Positions 19,770-29,818 of a stretch of DNA of 64,000 nucleotides are shown here, one piece after another; the first letter of the stretch is position 1; the number at the start of each line of letters is the position of its first letter. The notes under the pieces were generated by a model. That model saw nothing but the letters and a program-made list of their open reading frames with translations. It had not been told where the DNA came from and made no database searches. The translations under genes were made by a program, and so were the position numbers. Source of the stretch: an uncultured Bacteroidota bacterium (lineage in GTDB: Bacteria > Bacteroidota > Bacteroidia > Bacteroidales > 4484-276); assembly GCA_937950125.1 (NCBI GenBank), contig CALFEP010000306.1, positions 168 to 64,167 on the forward strand. Direction: 5' to 3'.

Positions 19770-20660
19770 TCAGCTTTGTAATACTTCGATAAACTGCTGT
19801 TCCAGGGTTTTTTTTCGAAGACTCAGATGGGAAAGAACAATCCCTTTTTCGATGAGAAATTCGTTGACATCCGAGGGGTTGATGTCCTTTTTTACCTTAA
19901 TTACGAGCAGCGAACCTTCTTTTCTGATCTCCTGGATGCCTTCAAAACTGTTTAATGCGTTTGATAAAAGTGCAAGATTGTTTGAGGATAATTCAATAAT
20001 GTCGTTTTCATTCAATGCTTCGGCTACATTTCCATTAAAAAGGATTTTACCAGTTCTGAGAACCGCCACATGTGAGCACATTTTCTGCACTTCGTCAAGA
20101 ATATGGCTGGCTAAAATAATGGTCATGCCCTGGTTTGCAATTCGGTTTACCAAGTTTCGTATTTCAGCAATTCCCAAAGGATCAAGTCCGTTGGTAGGTT
20201 CATCAAGTATCAGTACCTCAGGCTCGCCAACAAGCGCAGCGGCAATAGCCAGGCGTTGTTTCATGCCGAGTGAGTAGGTTCTGAATTTGTCGTTTTTCCG
20301 GTGGTAAAGATCAACTGTTTTTAAAGCTTCGTCAATTTTGTCGAATGGCTTTTCCTTGATACGGGCAACAATACGAAGATTATTGACAGCCGATAGATAT
20401 GGATAGAAATAGGGTGTTTCGAGGGTAGCCCCGATTCGCTTGCGACTGTGATGTCCAGGCTCCTCCCCAAACCACCGATAGGTACCAGTCGGGGTTTTAA
20501 TGATATCTAAAACAATGCCAAGTGTAGTAGTCTTGCCGCTGCCGTTGGGACCTAACAGGCCATAAACATTTCCTTTTTCGACGGTAAGATTCAACCCGTC
20601 CACAGCCTTCAGGCGGCCATAGTTTTTGGAAAGATCAGTTATTTGGAGTACTGGTGTCAA
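19770..20660 (-). CDS. ABC transporter ATP-binding protein (BcrA/CcmA-like exporter)
   Basis: GPNGSGKTT, YSLGMKQRL, ILDEPTNGLDP, SHIL. Likely start is TTG 20660; the track start at 20783 overlaps the next gene. Confidence 0.92.
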   Translation of the reverse strand: MTPVLQITDLSKNYGRLKAVDGLNLTVEKGNVYGLLGPNGSGKTTTLGIVLDIIKTPTGTYRWFGEEPGHHSRKRIGATLETPYFYPYLSAVNNLRIVARIKEKPFDKIDEALKTVDLYHRKNDKFRTYSLGMKQRLAIAAALVGEPEVLILDEPTNGLDPLGIAEIRNLVNRIANQGMTIILASHILDEVQKMCSHVAVLRTGKILFNGNVAEALNENDIIELSSNNLALLSNALNSFEGIQEIRKEGSLLVIKVKKDINPSDVNEFLIEKGIVLSHLSLRKKTLEQQFIEVLQS

Positions 20661-20701
20661 ACAAAAATATTGAATTTCAGGCTGAAAGGCCTGTCGAAAA
20701 T

Positions 20702-21229
20702 TTACTTTGAATATTTTGAAAAAATGTCCTCCAGAACAGCATCTGTCAACTCGTTGCCTTGTAAAAACGGAAAGCCTTCCCACCTTACAATACCTTGAGG
20801 GTCAATAAGAACCACATGTGGAATACCGGTAACCTGGTAAGTGCCCTTCAAGCGTTTTTGTGTATCGATAGCGCTGTAATAGTTGATTACCGGCTGTTTC
20901 ATAGCCGATACCTTTGCTTCGGTTTCATCCGACAAACCGACAACCACCAGTTTATCACTGTATTTTTCGTACCACCGGTTTAATTCAGGAATAGCCCTTT
21001 TGCAGGGGCCGCACCAGGTAGCCCAAAAATCGATCAACAAAAATTTCCCTTTTAAATCAGGCTCACTGCTGAGCCATTTTTCGACAACAAGTTCAGGCGC
21101 TTTTTGGTTAAGATACGGTTTTGCCCACATCTGTTTGTAGGGTTTGGTGTCGGCGCTTTGCGCATAAACACCCATGTTTGCCAATAACCCAATGATTAAA
21201 ATTGCAGTAAAAACTATCCTTTTTTTCAT
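20702..21229 (-). CDS. TlpA/ResA-like thiol-disulfide oxidoreductase, exported
   Basis: Signal peptide, DFWATWCGPC, GIPHVVLID. Confidence 0.9.
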   Translation of the reverse strand: MKKRIVFTAILIIGLLANMGVYAQSADTKPYKQMWAKPYLNQKAPELVVEKWLSSEPDLKGKFLLIDFWATWCGPCKRAIPELNRWYEKYSDKLVVVGLSDETEAKVSAMKQPVINYYSAIDTQKRLKGTYQVTGIPHVVLIDPQGIVRWEGFPFLQGNELTDAVLEDIFSKYSK

Positions 21230-21267
21230 GTTAAATGGTGTATTTTCTAATTGTTTCTAAAAATTCG

Positions 21268-21324
21268 CAAATTTATGTATTCACAAGCATAAACAAAGTA
21301 GCAACTGGTTTAATCGTATTTTTG
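21268..21324. promoter_or_regulatory. Divergent -7 elements for tlpA-like (minus, 21268-21275) and slyD-like (plus, 21317-21324)
   Basis: TAAATTTG on the minus strand and TATTTTTG on the plus strand. Confidence 0.5.
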
Positions 21325-21345
21325 CTCACATAAAAAAAGTTAAAA

Positions 21346-21846
21346 ATGATCGTTGAAAAAAACAGGGTTGTGACTTTCGTTTACGAGCTTAAACTGCAAA
21401 ACGTTGATGGAGAAAGCATTCAGCAAGTCGAAAAGTCACGGCCCATGAAAATTGTGGCAGGTCGTGGCGCGTTACTCGAACCTTTTGAGAAACGGCTTTT
21501 TGGATTGAGAAAAGGAGACCGTTTCAACTTCACCTTGCTAAGCGAAGAAACATTTGGACCGTACAAACCAAAAGCGATTATCAGGCTTCAAAAGTCAGTA
21601 TTTATTGAAGAAGGTAGTTTGCAACCTGCTGACCTTGTGGTTGGTAATTATATTCCCATGGAAACTGAAGAAGGTACGCCCTTCAACGGCAAAATTATTG
21701 AAGTGAGTGAGGAATCGGTGGTTGTCGATTTTAACCATCCGCTTGCAGGCAAGGACCTTCATTTTTCAGGTGAAATTCTTGAAGTAAAGGAAGCTTCCGA
21801 CAAGGAAATCATCTTAGGAAAAGCCGATTATTCTGTAATAAAATGA
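21346..21846 (+). CDS. SlyD/SlpA-type FKBP peptidyl-prolyl isomerase without a His-rich tail
   Basis: FEKRLFG, FGPY, VDFNHPLAGKDLHF. Confidence 0.88.
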   Translation: MIVEKNRVVTFVYELKLQNVDGESIQQVEKSRPMKIVAGRGALLEPFEKRLFGLRKGDRFNFTLLSEETFGPYKPKAIIRLQKSVFIEEGSLQPADLVVGNYIPMETEEGTPFNGKIIEVSEESVVVDFNHPLAGKDLHFSGEILEVKEASDKEIILGKADYSVIK

Positions 21847-22028
21847 GTTTTTCAGAATAATTTGTTGGAACCACAAAACCTTAAAAATTCCTCATTATAA
21901 AAACCACAGCCTTTTTAATTTTTTCATAAAAATGTAAATTTCCGGTATTTTACTTTATAAGTGATTTGAACGGGTTAAAATACTAATTTCGCTTAATTAA
22001 ATTACAAGGTGGATTACCTTAAATAATT

Positions 22029-25000
22029 ATGAATCAAGATACAACTAATTTTGAACACAAATACCAGGTTTTATTATCCGAATTGTTCAACCTTAAAGAA
22101 GCACTGCGCAATTCTGAAAAACTGCTTTCGGAATACAGGCAGATTGTTGAAAATGCCAATTCAGCCATCATAAAAATCAACCTCGATTGCAAAATTGACT
22201 ATGCCAATCCCTTTGCACGTGAACTTTTTAATTTCGACGCCGAAAATTTTAATCCTGTAACCGTTTACAAATCAGTGTTACCCCACGGAAACGAAACTTA
22301 CGAAGCTATTGCAGCAACGCTTCAGGGCATAACCCGCGGAAGAATCAGGTTCTCACAACACGAAACACATTTTATCCGTCCTGAGGGAAAATCGGTGTGG
22401 ATGGCTTGGTCAAACAAGGTTTTGAAGGATGATACCGGCGCTGCAGCAGGGCTAATTTGTATCGGAACCGACATTACTGAACGTAAAATTACCGAGGAAG
22501 CCCTCAAAGAAAGTGAGTACAACCTGCTGAAAGCGCAGGAAATTGCCAAAATAGGTACCTGGGCCAGGGAACTCGATACTGACAATATTCACTGTTCTGG
22601 TTACTTCTTTTCCATTTTCGGTATTCACCCCGTTACAAGTTACAAACTTCTGAATGAACAATTTAAAAAAATTGTTCACCCTGAATACCGCGATTTTATT
22701 CAGATGAAAATCGAACGAGCCATCAACCGGGGTACAACCGAACAATTTGTTTACAAAATCACCGACTCTGGTGGTAAAATCAGGTGGGTGTTGGAGGAGG
22801 TAAGTCTGCTTGGTGATATTTACAAAAAGAAACAAATAATAATAGGTACAGTGCGCGACATCACTGAACAAAAAAAAGCAGAGGACAAGTTGCGAGAATA
22901 CCTGTTGATTGTTTCATCGTCGAGTGAACTGATGTCGCTCATTGGTCCCGATTACCGCTATATTAATGTCAATCAGGCATATTTGGACGCTTACCAGAAA
23001 ACAAAGGATCAGATTGAAGGACACACCGTGGCCGAAATGTTTGGTGAAGATATTTTTGCGGAGGTGATCAAATCGCACATCGATCGCTGCCTTTTAGGTG
23101 AAAATATAAGCGATCACTACTGGTTTACATTTCCGGGTGGTGAGCCCCGTTACATGCATGTTAAATACAACCCTGTGAGGGAAATTGATGGCACCATTTC
23201 GGGCGTAACCGTAAGCTCCCGCGATATTACAGAACTGAAAAACGTGGAAGATCAATTAAAAATCTTCAAAATGTTTGCTTCTGAATCGGGGATTGGATTT
23301 GGGATGGCCGATATGAACGGCATTGTAACTTACGTGAATTCGACGCTTTGCCGCATGGCTGGCTATAATTCCCCATCCGAAATTATCGGACTTTCAATAG
23401 CTGTCACCTATTTAAAAAATCACCTTCGCAAAATCAGGAATGAAATTCTGCCGGTTATCCTCGAAAAAGGACAATGGACCGGCGAGATCGATATGGAGCG
23501 GAAAGACGGAAAAATTGTTCATACCATCGAAAACTTCTTCTTAATCAACAACGATTATGGAAAACCAGTAGCTTTTGCCATGTCAGTCACCGATATCAGC
23601 GATCGCAAACTGGCTGAGCAGGCCTTGCAACATAGCGAGCACAATTTCAGGTCCATATTCACAAATGCGGCCATCGGCATTGATGTGGTTGACGAAGAGG
23701 GCAATTTTATCCAGGTAAATGAAGCCCTTTCTCAAATGTTAGGTTATTCCCCCAAAGAACTTTGCGGGATGAACATATTCCAGGTTACCTATCAGGATGA
23801 TTTAGGAATCAGCCAAACTCCACTGGTTGACCTTTTTAGCGGAAAACAACCGAATTACAGGCTCGAAAAACGATATGTGCGAAAGGATGGGGAAATATTT
23901 TGGGCTGATTTGTCAGTGACACCATATTATGATGTTATAAACCAGCGTAACCTGGCCATCGGAACCATCATTGATATCAGCGAGTCGAAATTGTTGCAGA
24001 AAGAATTGGAGCACTCGAAAGAAGAGGCCATAAAAGCCAACAAAGCCAAGTCGGAGTTTTTAGCCAACATGAGCCACGAGATCCGGACACCACTTAATGC
24101 GGTTATCGGTTTTACAGAACTACTCGAAAGCATTGTTGAAGATCCGCGGCAAATCAACTACCTCGAATCGATTAAATCTGGCGGTAAAAACCTACTCCTT
24201 CTCATCAACGATATTCTTGACCTTTCGAAAATTGAAGCCGGTAAAATGGAATTCAAGTACGAACCGGTAAACCCTTACAGCCTGATAAGTGAAATTCGGC
24301 AGATTTTTTCATTAAAAATTAAGGAAAAAGATCTTGACTTTATTGTTGAAGTTGATGACGAAATTCCCGAAAGCCTCATCCTTGACGAGGTGAGGGTAAG
24401 GCAGGTAATTTTCAACCTGATTGGCAACGCCATAAAATTTACTGAATCGGGGCATGTAAAGTTTTCGGTAAAAAAAATATTTACCCCCGAAGATACAAGC
24501 CGGATTAACCTGACTTTTTCGGTCGATGACACCGGCATTGGAATTCCTGAAGACCAGCACGTTCGGATATTCGATGCCTTTCAACAGCAAAGTGGGCAGA
24601 GCACACGCAAATATGGCGGAACCGGCCTTGGGCTGACCATCAGCAAGCGGCTTGTGGAGATGATGGGTGGCGACATTCAGCTTGCCAGCACCCTGGGAGT
24701 TGGCTCTACATTTACCTTCACATTGAAAAATGTTGCCATTGGCGCTTCGTACCAGATGCCCCACGATGATGACGAATTTGATATTGGAAATCTTGAATTT
24801 GAACCCTCCCGAATTATGATTGTGGATGATATTGAAAGCAATCGCAACCTGATTTTCGAAAATTTCGCATCCCCAACCATCGAGGTCATTCAGGCAGAAG
24901 ATGGACAAAAAGCTGTTTTATTGGCAAGTCAGTTCAAACCAAATCTTATTTTTATGGACATCAGAATGCCAGTAATGGATGGGTTTGAAGCTGCAAAAAT

Positions 25001-25517
25001 CATCAAAACCAATAAAGACACACGCAACATCAAAATTGTTGCGCTAACAGCCTCAACCCGAAGCGAAGAGCATGAAAACGACTATAAAAAATATTTCGAC
25101 AGCTACCTTCGTAAGCCGGTTTTACGTGTCGAATTGTATAAAGAGATGATGAAATATCTTAGTTTTAAAGTAAAAACTTCTCAAAACGAAATACTCGAAA
25201 CACCGCAATCAACAAGCCAACCTCCCCTGAACATTGAACTAAGTACCCGCCAGACCAGCGAATTGATTAACCTGATAGATGGCGACCTGAAAGCAAAATG
25301 GAATGAGGCAATGCTTTACCAGATGTCAGACGAAATTGAAGCATTTGCGCGGAAACTGAAATCAACAGGCGAGTTGTACCAAATTTCTGAGCTTGTTAAG
25401 TACGGAAACGAATTATTGCTTTATGTGGATAACTTTGATCTCGAAAAAATGGACAAATCACTCAAGCTGTATCCAAAATTTACCAAAGAGATTAAAAAAA
25501 GATTAGCGCCAAAATAG
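22029..25517 (+). CDS. Cytoplasmic hybrid histidine kinase: about five PAS domains + HisKA + HATPase + REC + Hpt-like helical tail
   Basis: Repeated PAS/PAC ends (DITERK, RDITEQK, RDITELK, TDISDRK, IDISESK), [52 protein letters not shown]. No TM segment seen. Confidence 0.92.
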   Translation: MNQDTTNFEHKYQVLLSELFNLKEALRNSEKLLSEYRQIVENANSAIIKINLDCKIDYANPFARELFNFDAENFNPVTVYKSVLPHGNETYEAIAATLQGITRGRIRFSQHETHFIRPEGKSVWMAWSNKVLKDDTGAAAGLICIGTDITERKITEEALKESEYNLLKAQEIAKIGTWARELDTDNIHCSGYFFSIFGIHPVTSYKLLNEQFKKIVHPEYRDFIQMKIERAINRGTTEQFVYKITDSGGKIRWVLEEVSLLGDIYKKKQIIIGTVRDITEQKKAEDKLREYLLIVSSSSELMSLIGPDYRYINVNQAYLDAYQKTKDQIEGHTVAEMFGEDIFAEVIKSHIDRCLLGENISDHYWFTFPGGEPRYMHVKYNPVREIDGTISGVTVSSRDITELKNVEDQLKIFKMFASESGIGFGMADMNGIVTYVNSTLCRMAGYNSPSEIIGLSIAVTYLKNHLRKIRNEILPVILEKGQWTGEIDMERKDGKIVHTIENFFLINNDYGKPVAFAMSVTDISDRKLAEQALQHSEHNFRSIFTNAAIGIDVVDEEGNFIQVNEALSQMLGYSPKELCGMNIFQVTYQDDLGISQTPLVDLFSGKQPNYRLEKRYVRKDGEIFWADLSVTPYYDVINQRNLAIGTIIDISESKLLQKELEHSKEEAIKANKAKSEFLANMSHEIRTPLNAVIGFTELLESIVEDPRQINYLESIKSGGKNLLLLINDILDLSKIEAGKMEFKYEPVNPYSLISEIRQIFSLKIKEKDLDFIVEVDDEIPESLILDEVRVRQVIFNLIGNAIKFTESGHVKFSVKKIFTPEDTSRINLTFSVDDTGIGIPEDQHVRIFDAFQQQSGQSTRKYGGTGLGLTISKRLVEMMGGDIQLASTLGVGSTFTFTLKNVAIGASYQMPHDDDEFDIGNLEFEPSRIMIVDDIESNRNLIFENFASPTIEVIQAEDGQKAVLLASQFKPNLIFMDIRMPVMDGFEAAKIIKTNKDTRNIKIVALTASTRSEEHENDYKKYFDSYLRKPVLRVELYKEMMKYLSFKVKTSQNEILETPQSTSQPPLNIELSTRQTSELINLIDGDLKAKWNEAMLYQMSDEIEAFARKLKSTGELYQISELVKYGNELLLYVDNFDLEKMDKSLKLYPKFTKEIKKRLAPK

Positions 25518-25602
25518 TTTTTTTTGAAAAGATTTGCTGTTTTGAAACGATAAACTATATTTGTTGAAAATTAGAGTTTTATAGTTTTCTCAGCAAAAAC
25601 TG

Positions 25603-26718
25603 ATGTCAGGTGAACATCCAAAAATATTACTTGTTGACGACAACCCAATCAACATCAGGGTTGCGGCCAAAATTTTAAGATCACAAAAGTACAACATCAC
25701 CTATGCACAAAGTGGGCACAATGCCTTGCAAAAAGCCAAATCCATTGATTTTGACCTCATTTTGTTAGATATTATGATGCCCGAGATGGATGGTTACGAG
25801 GTGTGTGAAGCACTAAAAAGCGATCCACAGACGCACAAAATCCCCATTATTTTTCTCACCGCAAAAACAGAATCCGAAAACATTGTTAAGGCATTCAAAC
25901 TGGGTGGTGCTGATTATGTTACAAAACCATTCAACGGGCAGGAACTCATATCGAGGGTCGAAACACATATCCGCCTGAAACAGGCAAGAGAAAAACTTGA
26001 AAATGCAAACCTTCTGTTAAAAGAAGCCAACGACACCAAAGACAAGATGTTTTCGATCATCAGTCATGACTTGCTGGGTCCTTTTGGAAACATACGTGAA
26101 TCGCTCGAAATGATTGTAAATAAGGATGTTAATCTTGACGAAGAGAACATGCACACCTTCATCAGAGCAATGTGGAATTCGATAAGCTCGGCTTATTCGC
26201 TTTTGGAAAATCTTTTATATTGGGCACGAAATCAACAGGGTAGAATGGTTTACAAACCCAAATCAATCAATCTCAACAGTACTATCCACGAAACATACGC
26301 CCTGCTGGATGGGGTTGCCCGACATAAAAACATCATGCTAAAAACAAATCTGATTGAAGATTTTACAGTTTTTGCTGATAAAAATGCCGTGAAAACCATC
26401 ATCAGAAACCTGGTTTCAAACTCAATAAAATTTACTGAACCGGAGGGTACAATCACTACCAAAGTTAAAAACCTGAAAGATAACTTTGTACAGGTTTCGA
26501 TTACCGATACCGGAATTGGAATGGATGATGAATTGAAAGATAAAATATTTTCGATAAATAAAGCCGAACCCCGTTGGGGAACAAAAGGTGAAAAAGGTAT
26601 TGGGCTTGGCCTGGTTATCACCAGAGAATTTGTTGAAAAACATGGTGGTGAAATTTGGGTAGAGAGCCGCAAAGGTGAAGGGACAACTTTTTATTTTACG
26701 TTACCAAAATCTGAATAA
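25603..26718 (+). CDS. Response regulator-histidine kinase hybrid (REC-HisKA-HATPase)
   Basis: LLVDD, LLDIMMPEMDG, DYVTKPF, IISHDLLGP, NSIKF, DTGIGM, GIGLGL. Confidence 0.92.
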   Translation: MSGEHPKILLVDDNPINIRVAAKILRSQKYNITYAQSGHNALQKAKSIDFDLILLDIMMPEMDGYEVCEALKSDPQTHKIPIIFLTAKTESENIVKAFKLGGADYVTKPFNGQELISRVETHIRLKQAREKLENANLLLKEANDTKDKMFSIISHDLLGPFGNIRESLEMIVNKDVNLDEENMHTFIRAMWNSISSAYSLLENLLYWARNQQGRMVYKPKSINLNSTIHETYALLDGVARHKNIMLKTNLIEDFTVFADKNAVKTIIRNLVSNSIKFTEPEGTITTKVKNLKDNFVQVSITDTGIGMDDELKDKIFSINKAEPRWGTKGEKGIGLGLVITREFVEKHGGEIWVESRKGEGTTFYFTLPKSE

Positions 26719-26723
26719 AAGAT

Positions 26724-27647
26724 ATGCAAAACGAAACAGAAAAAAAACAAAAGGTATTAATTGTTGATGATATTCCCAAGAATATTGAACTGGCAGCTAA
26801 CATTTTACGAACAAAGGATTACAATGTTACCTACGCCAAAAGTGGTTTATCGGCCTTGCAGAAAATTGAGTCTATCGACTTCGATCTCATTTTGTTGGAC
26901 ATTATGATGCCCGAAATGGATGGTTTTGAAGTATGTATGAAATTAAAGGAGAGCGAAAAAACACGCGACATCCCGATCATTTTTCTTACTGCACGCACCG
27001 AAACCGAAAATGTGGTGAAGGGGCTCGAGATGGGAGCTGTCGATTATGTCACCAAACCTTTTAAAGCAGAGGAATTGCTAGCACGTGTGCGTACTCACCT
27101 CGATATCCGGCGTAAAATTGTTGAACTGGAAATGATTGAAAAACAGTTGCGTGAAAAACAAACCGACCAGGAAAAAGTTATCGAGGAACTTGCCGTCAAA
27201 AGCCAGACACTTCATGGTGAGGTTGTGTTGCCTGCCAAATCAGCACAGGAAATCGAACTCGAACGGCAACATGAGGAGAAAAAAAGGGAAGTAGACAACA
27301 TCACCCTTTTTTATGATTTGCGCAGTCAACTGGATAAACTTATTCAGGACAAGACCCCTGTGGCAAGGATGGAAATTAAGCACATTAAAGAAATGATTTC
27401 CAATTTGTTCATCGATAAAAGCAACCAGGATTTTCATCGTGCTCTCAAAAAGGAGTTTCCCAAGCTTACTTTTGACGATCTGCGGTTGTGCTCATACCTC
27501 AAACACAGGTTCCTCAATATCGAAATTGCCGAATTTCTGGAAACGTCTCCCGAAGCTGTTTATACACGCAAATCGCGCCTGCGTGCTAAACTCAACCTTC
27601 AAAAAGACGATGAAGTCTCCGAATTCCTTTCCAATTACGAGTATTGA
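26724..27647 (+). CDS. Response regulator with coiled coil and C-terminal LuxR-like HTH
   Basis: REC domain (LIVDD, LLDIMMPEMDG, DYVTKPF). C-terminus LTFDDLRLCSYLK...EIAEFLETSPEAVYTRKSRLRAKL. Confidence 0.85.
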   Translation: MQNETEKKQKVLIVDDIPKNIELAANILRTKDYNVTYAKSGLSALQKIESIDFDLILLDIMMPEMDGFEVCMKLKESEKTRDIPIIFLTARTETENVVKGLEMGAVDYVTKPFKAEELLARVRTHLDIRRKIVELEMIEKQLREKQTDQEKVIEELAVKSQTLHGEVVLPAKSAQEIELERQHEEKKREVDNITLFYDLRSQLDKLIQDKTPVARMEIKHIKEMISNLFIDKSNQDFHRALKKEFPKLTFDDLRLCSYLKHRFLNIEIAEFLETSPEAVYTRKSRLRAKLNLQKDDEVSEFLSNYEY

Positions 27648-28352
27648 TTATTTGTAAAGCAGAAAAACAGCAGGTTTTTTGTTGAGTTCCAATTTCACTT
27701 TTTGCCAGCTGGAAATGGTTCTCGTTTTAATCAACTCATTATCAGTTGTTAATTCTAATGCAATACAAAGTACCGTTTCTGGTAAACAGGTTTTTAAAAG
27801 AACTTCCATGAGTTTTTGATTTCTGTAGGGAGTTTCTATAAAAATTTGGGTTTGATCATTCTGATAAACAGCAGTTTCAATGGCTTTTACCTTTTTTTTC
27901 AAAGCATTGGTTTCGATAGGCAGGTAGCCGTGAAAAGCAAAATTTTGCCCGTTGAAACCCGAACCCATGAGTGCCAATAATATAGAAGAAGGACCAATCA
28001 AAGGAAAAACCGGAATATCATTTTCATGACACCATTTCACGATAGCCGCGCCAGGATCGGCAATACAGGGTGTTCCTGCTTCCGACAGAAGCCCAACCGG
28101 TTTCCCCGCCTTAAGTGAACCAATAAAAGCATCGTATCCGAGATGTTGATTGTGTTTGTCAAATTCATGAAAAACAACCGAATCAAAAGGCTTGTCAAAT
28201 CCTGCTTTGCGCAAAAACCTTCGTGCTGATTTTACATTTTCAACAATAAACTCATCGAGATTGTGGATAATGCTAAAGACGGGTGCAGGCAGCGAAAAGA
28301 TAGGATTTACATCGCCCAAAGTTACCGGAATCAAGTAAAGGCCTGTTTTCAC
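27648..28352 (-). CDS. SAM-dependent tetrapyrrole-methylase family protein (RsmI-like)
   Basis: LYLIPVTLG, GLLSEAGTPCIADPG, IGPSSILLALMGSG, FIETPYRN. Confidence 0.88.
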   Translation of the reverse strand: MKTGLYLIPVTLGDVNPIFSLPAPVFSIIHNLDEFIVENVKSARRFLRKAGFDKPFDSVVFHEFDKHNQHLGYDAFIGSLKAGKPVGLLSEAGTPCIADPGAAIVKWCHENDIPVFPLIGPSSILLALMGSGFNGQNFAFHGYLPIETNALKKKVKAIETAVYQNDQTQIFIETPYRNQKLMEVLLKTCLPETVLCIALELTTDNELIKTRTISSWQKVKLELNKKPAVFLLYK

Positions 28353-28363
28353 AATAATGTTTT

Positions 28364-29323
28364 TTACCAGGGAAGATGGTCAAGGTCAACATTTCCACCC
28401 GAAATGATGATACCAATATTTTTGTTTCTGAAATCATATTTTTCTTCCAGGATAGCAGCAAAAGGTACAGCCGACGAAGGTTCTACAATCATTTTCATTC
28501 TTTCCCATATCAATTTCATGGCGCTAACAATGGCTTCCTCGCTCACCGTAACAATGTCGTCAACTTCCTGAAGAATAATAGGAAAAGTAAGGCTTCCGAG
28601 CGAAGTTCTCAAACCATCAGCAATGGTGTCCGGATTTACCGAAGGAATAAACTTTTGTTGTTGGAATGATTGCCAGGCATCGTTGGCCTGTAAGGGTTCA
28701 GCTGCAATCACTTTTGTACCTTGCGAGAAGATTTTCGTTGAAAGGGCAGTTCCACTCAACAATCCGCCACCACCTACCGGCGCCATGATGATATCAGGCC
28801 TGCCGATCTCTTCAATCAACTCTTTTGCAGCAGTGGCCTGCCCGGCAATAATCAAAGGGTGGTTGTAGGGATGAACCTCCAAAGCTCCGGTGGCTTCTAT
28901 CACCTTTTCCAAAGTTGATTCGCGGGAGGCGAGATTTGGTTCGCAAAAGGTAATTTTACCACCATAGTGTTCAACAGCAGCAATTTTCACTTTCGAAGAG
29001 TTTGAAGGCATCACAATGTGCGCTTGCGTGCCGCGGAGTTTTGCAGCCCGTGCCAGGGCAGCAGCATGGTTTCCCGATGAATGGGTGGCAACTCCGTTTT
29101 TTATTTGATTTTCATCGAGTGAGAAAACAGCATTCACAGCTCCTCTTGATTTAAATGCCCCGGCTTTCTGAAGGTTTTCGCATTTAAAAAAAAGGGAACA
29201 GCCAGTAAGCTCATTTAAATTTTGGGAGGTTAAAACGGGAGTACGATGGACTTTTCCGAAAATTCGTTTTTCTGCTTCCAATATTTCGTATTTTCCTGGA
29301 AAAGAATAGGTTGTGGTTTCCAT
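28364..29323 (-). CDS. PLP-dependent serine/threonine dehydratase / serine racemase family
   Basis: KCENLQKAGAFKSRGA, SSGNHA, AGQAT, PVGGGGL, EPSSAV, SGGN. Likely start is ATG 29323. Confidence 0.9.
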   Translation of the reverse strand: METTTYSFPGKYEILEAEKRIFGKVHRTPVLTSQNLNELTGCSLFFKCENLQKAGAFKSRGAVNAVFSLDENQIKNGVATHSSGNHAAALARAAKLRGTQAHIVMPSNSSKVKIAAVEHYGGKITFCEPNLASRESTLEKVIEATGALEVHPYNHPLIIAGQATAAKELIEEIGRPDIIMAPVGGGGLLSGTALSTKIFSQGTKVIAAEPLQANDAWQSFQQQKFIPSVNPDTIADGLRTSLGSLTFPIILQEVDDIVTVSEEAIVSAMKLIWERMKMIVEPSSAVPFAAILEEKYDFRNKNIGIIISGGNVDLDHLPW

Positions 29324-29787
29324 TATGAATTGATAATCAAATTTTCTGCAATGATGTCGCAAGCCTCATCCAACATCCTGTAAACGTGCTCAAAGCCATT
29401 TGAACCGCCAAAATAAGGATCGGGAACGCTCATGTTTTTACCGGGATGGCTGGTGTTGAGTATCATTTCAACTTTTTGCCTGTCCTGTTCATTTCTTGCT
29501 AAACGCAACACATCCTGATGGTTTGATGCATCCATGGTGTAAATTTTGTCGTATCTGTCGAAATCGGCGATACTAAATTGTCTTCCTGTGTGTGTCGCAA
29601 GACTGATTCCGTGCTTACGGGCGACATCAATGGTTCGTGGATCGGCTGAGTCGCCTGCGTGGTAATTTGATGTACCGGCTGATTCAACTAATACCTTTAA
29701 ACCCAGCTTCTTAATTTTGCTTTTCAGAATACCTTCGGCCAATGGTGAACGGCAAATGTTACCGAGGCAAACCATTAAAATTTTCAT
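29323..29787 (-). CDS. Low-molecular-weight protein-tyrosine phosphatase
   Basis: VCLGNICRS P-loop, SAGT, VPDPY. Confidence 0.93.
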   Translation of the reverse strand: MKILMVCLGNICRSPLAEGILKSKIKKLGLKVLVESAGTSNYHAGDSADPRTIDVARKHGISLATHTGRQFSIADFDRYDKIYTMDASNHQDVLRLARNEQDRQKVEMILNTSHPGKNMSVPDPYFGGSNGFEHVYRMLDEACDIIAENLIINS

Positions 29788-29818
29788 TAACAATATTTTA
29801 GGAGGTTAGAAAAGGGAA

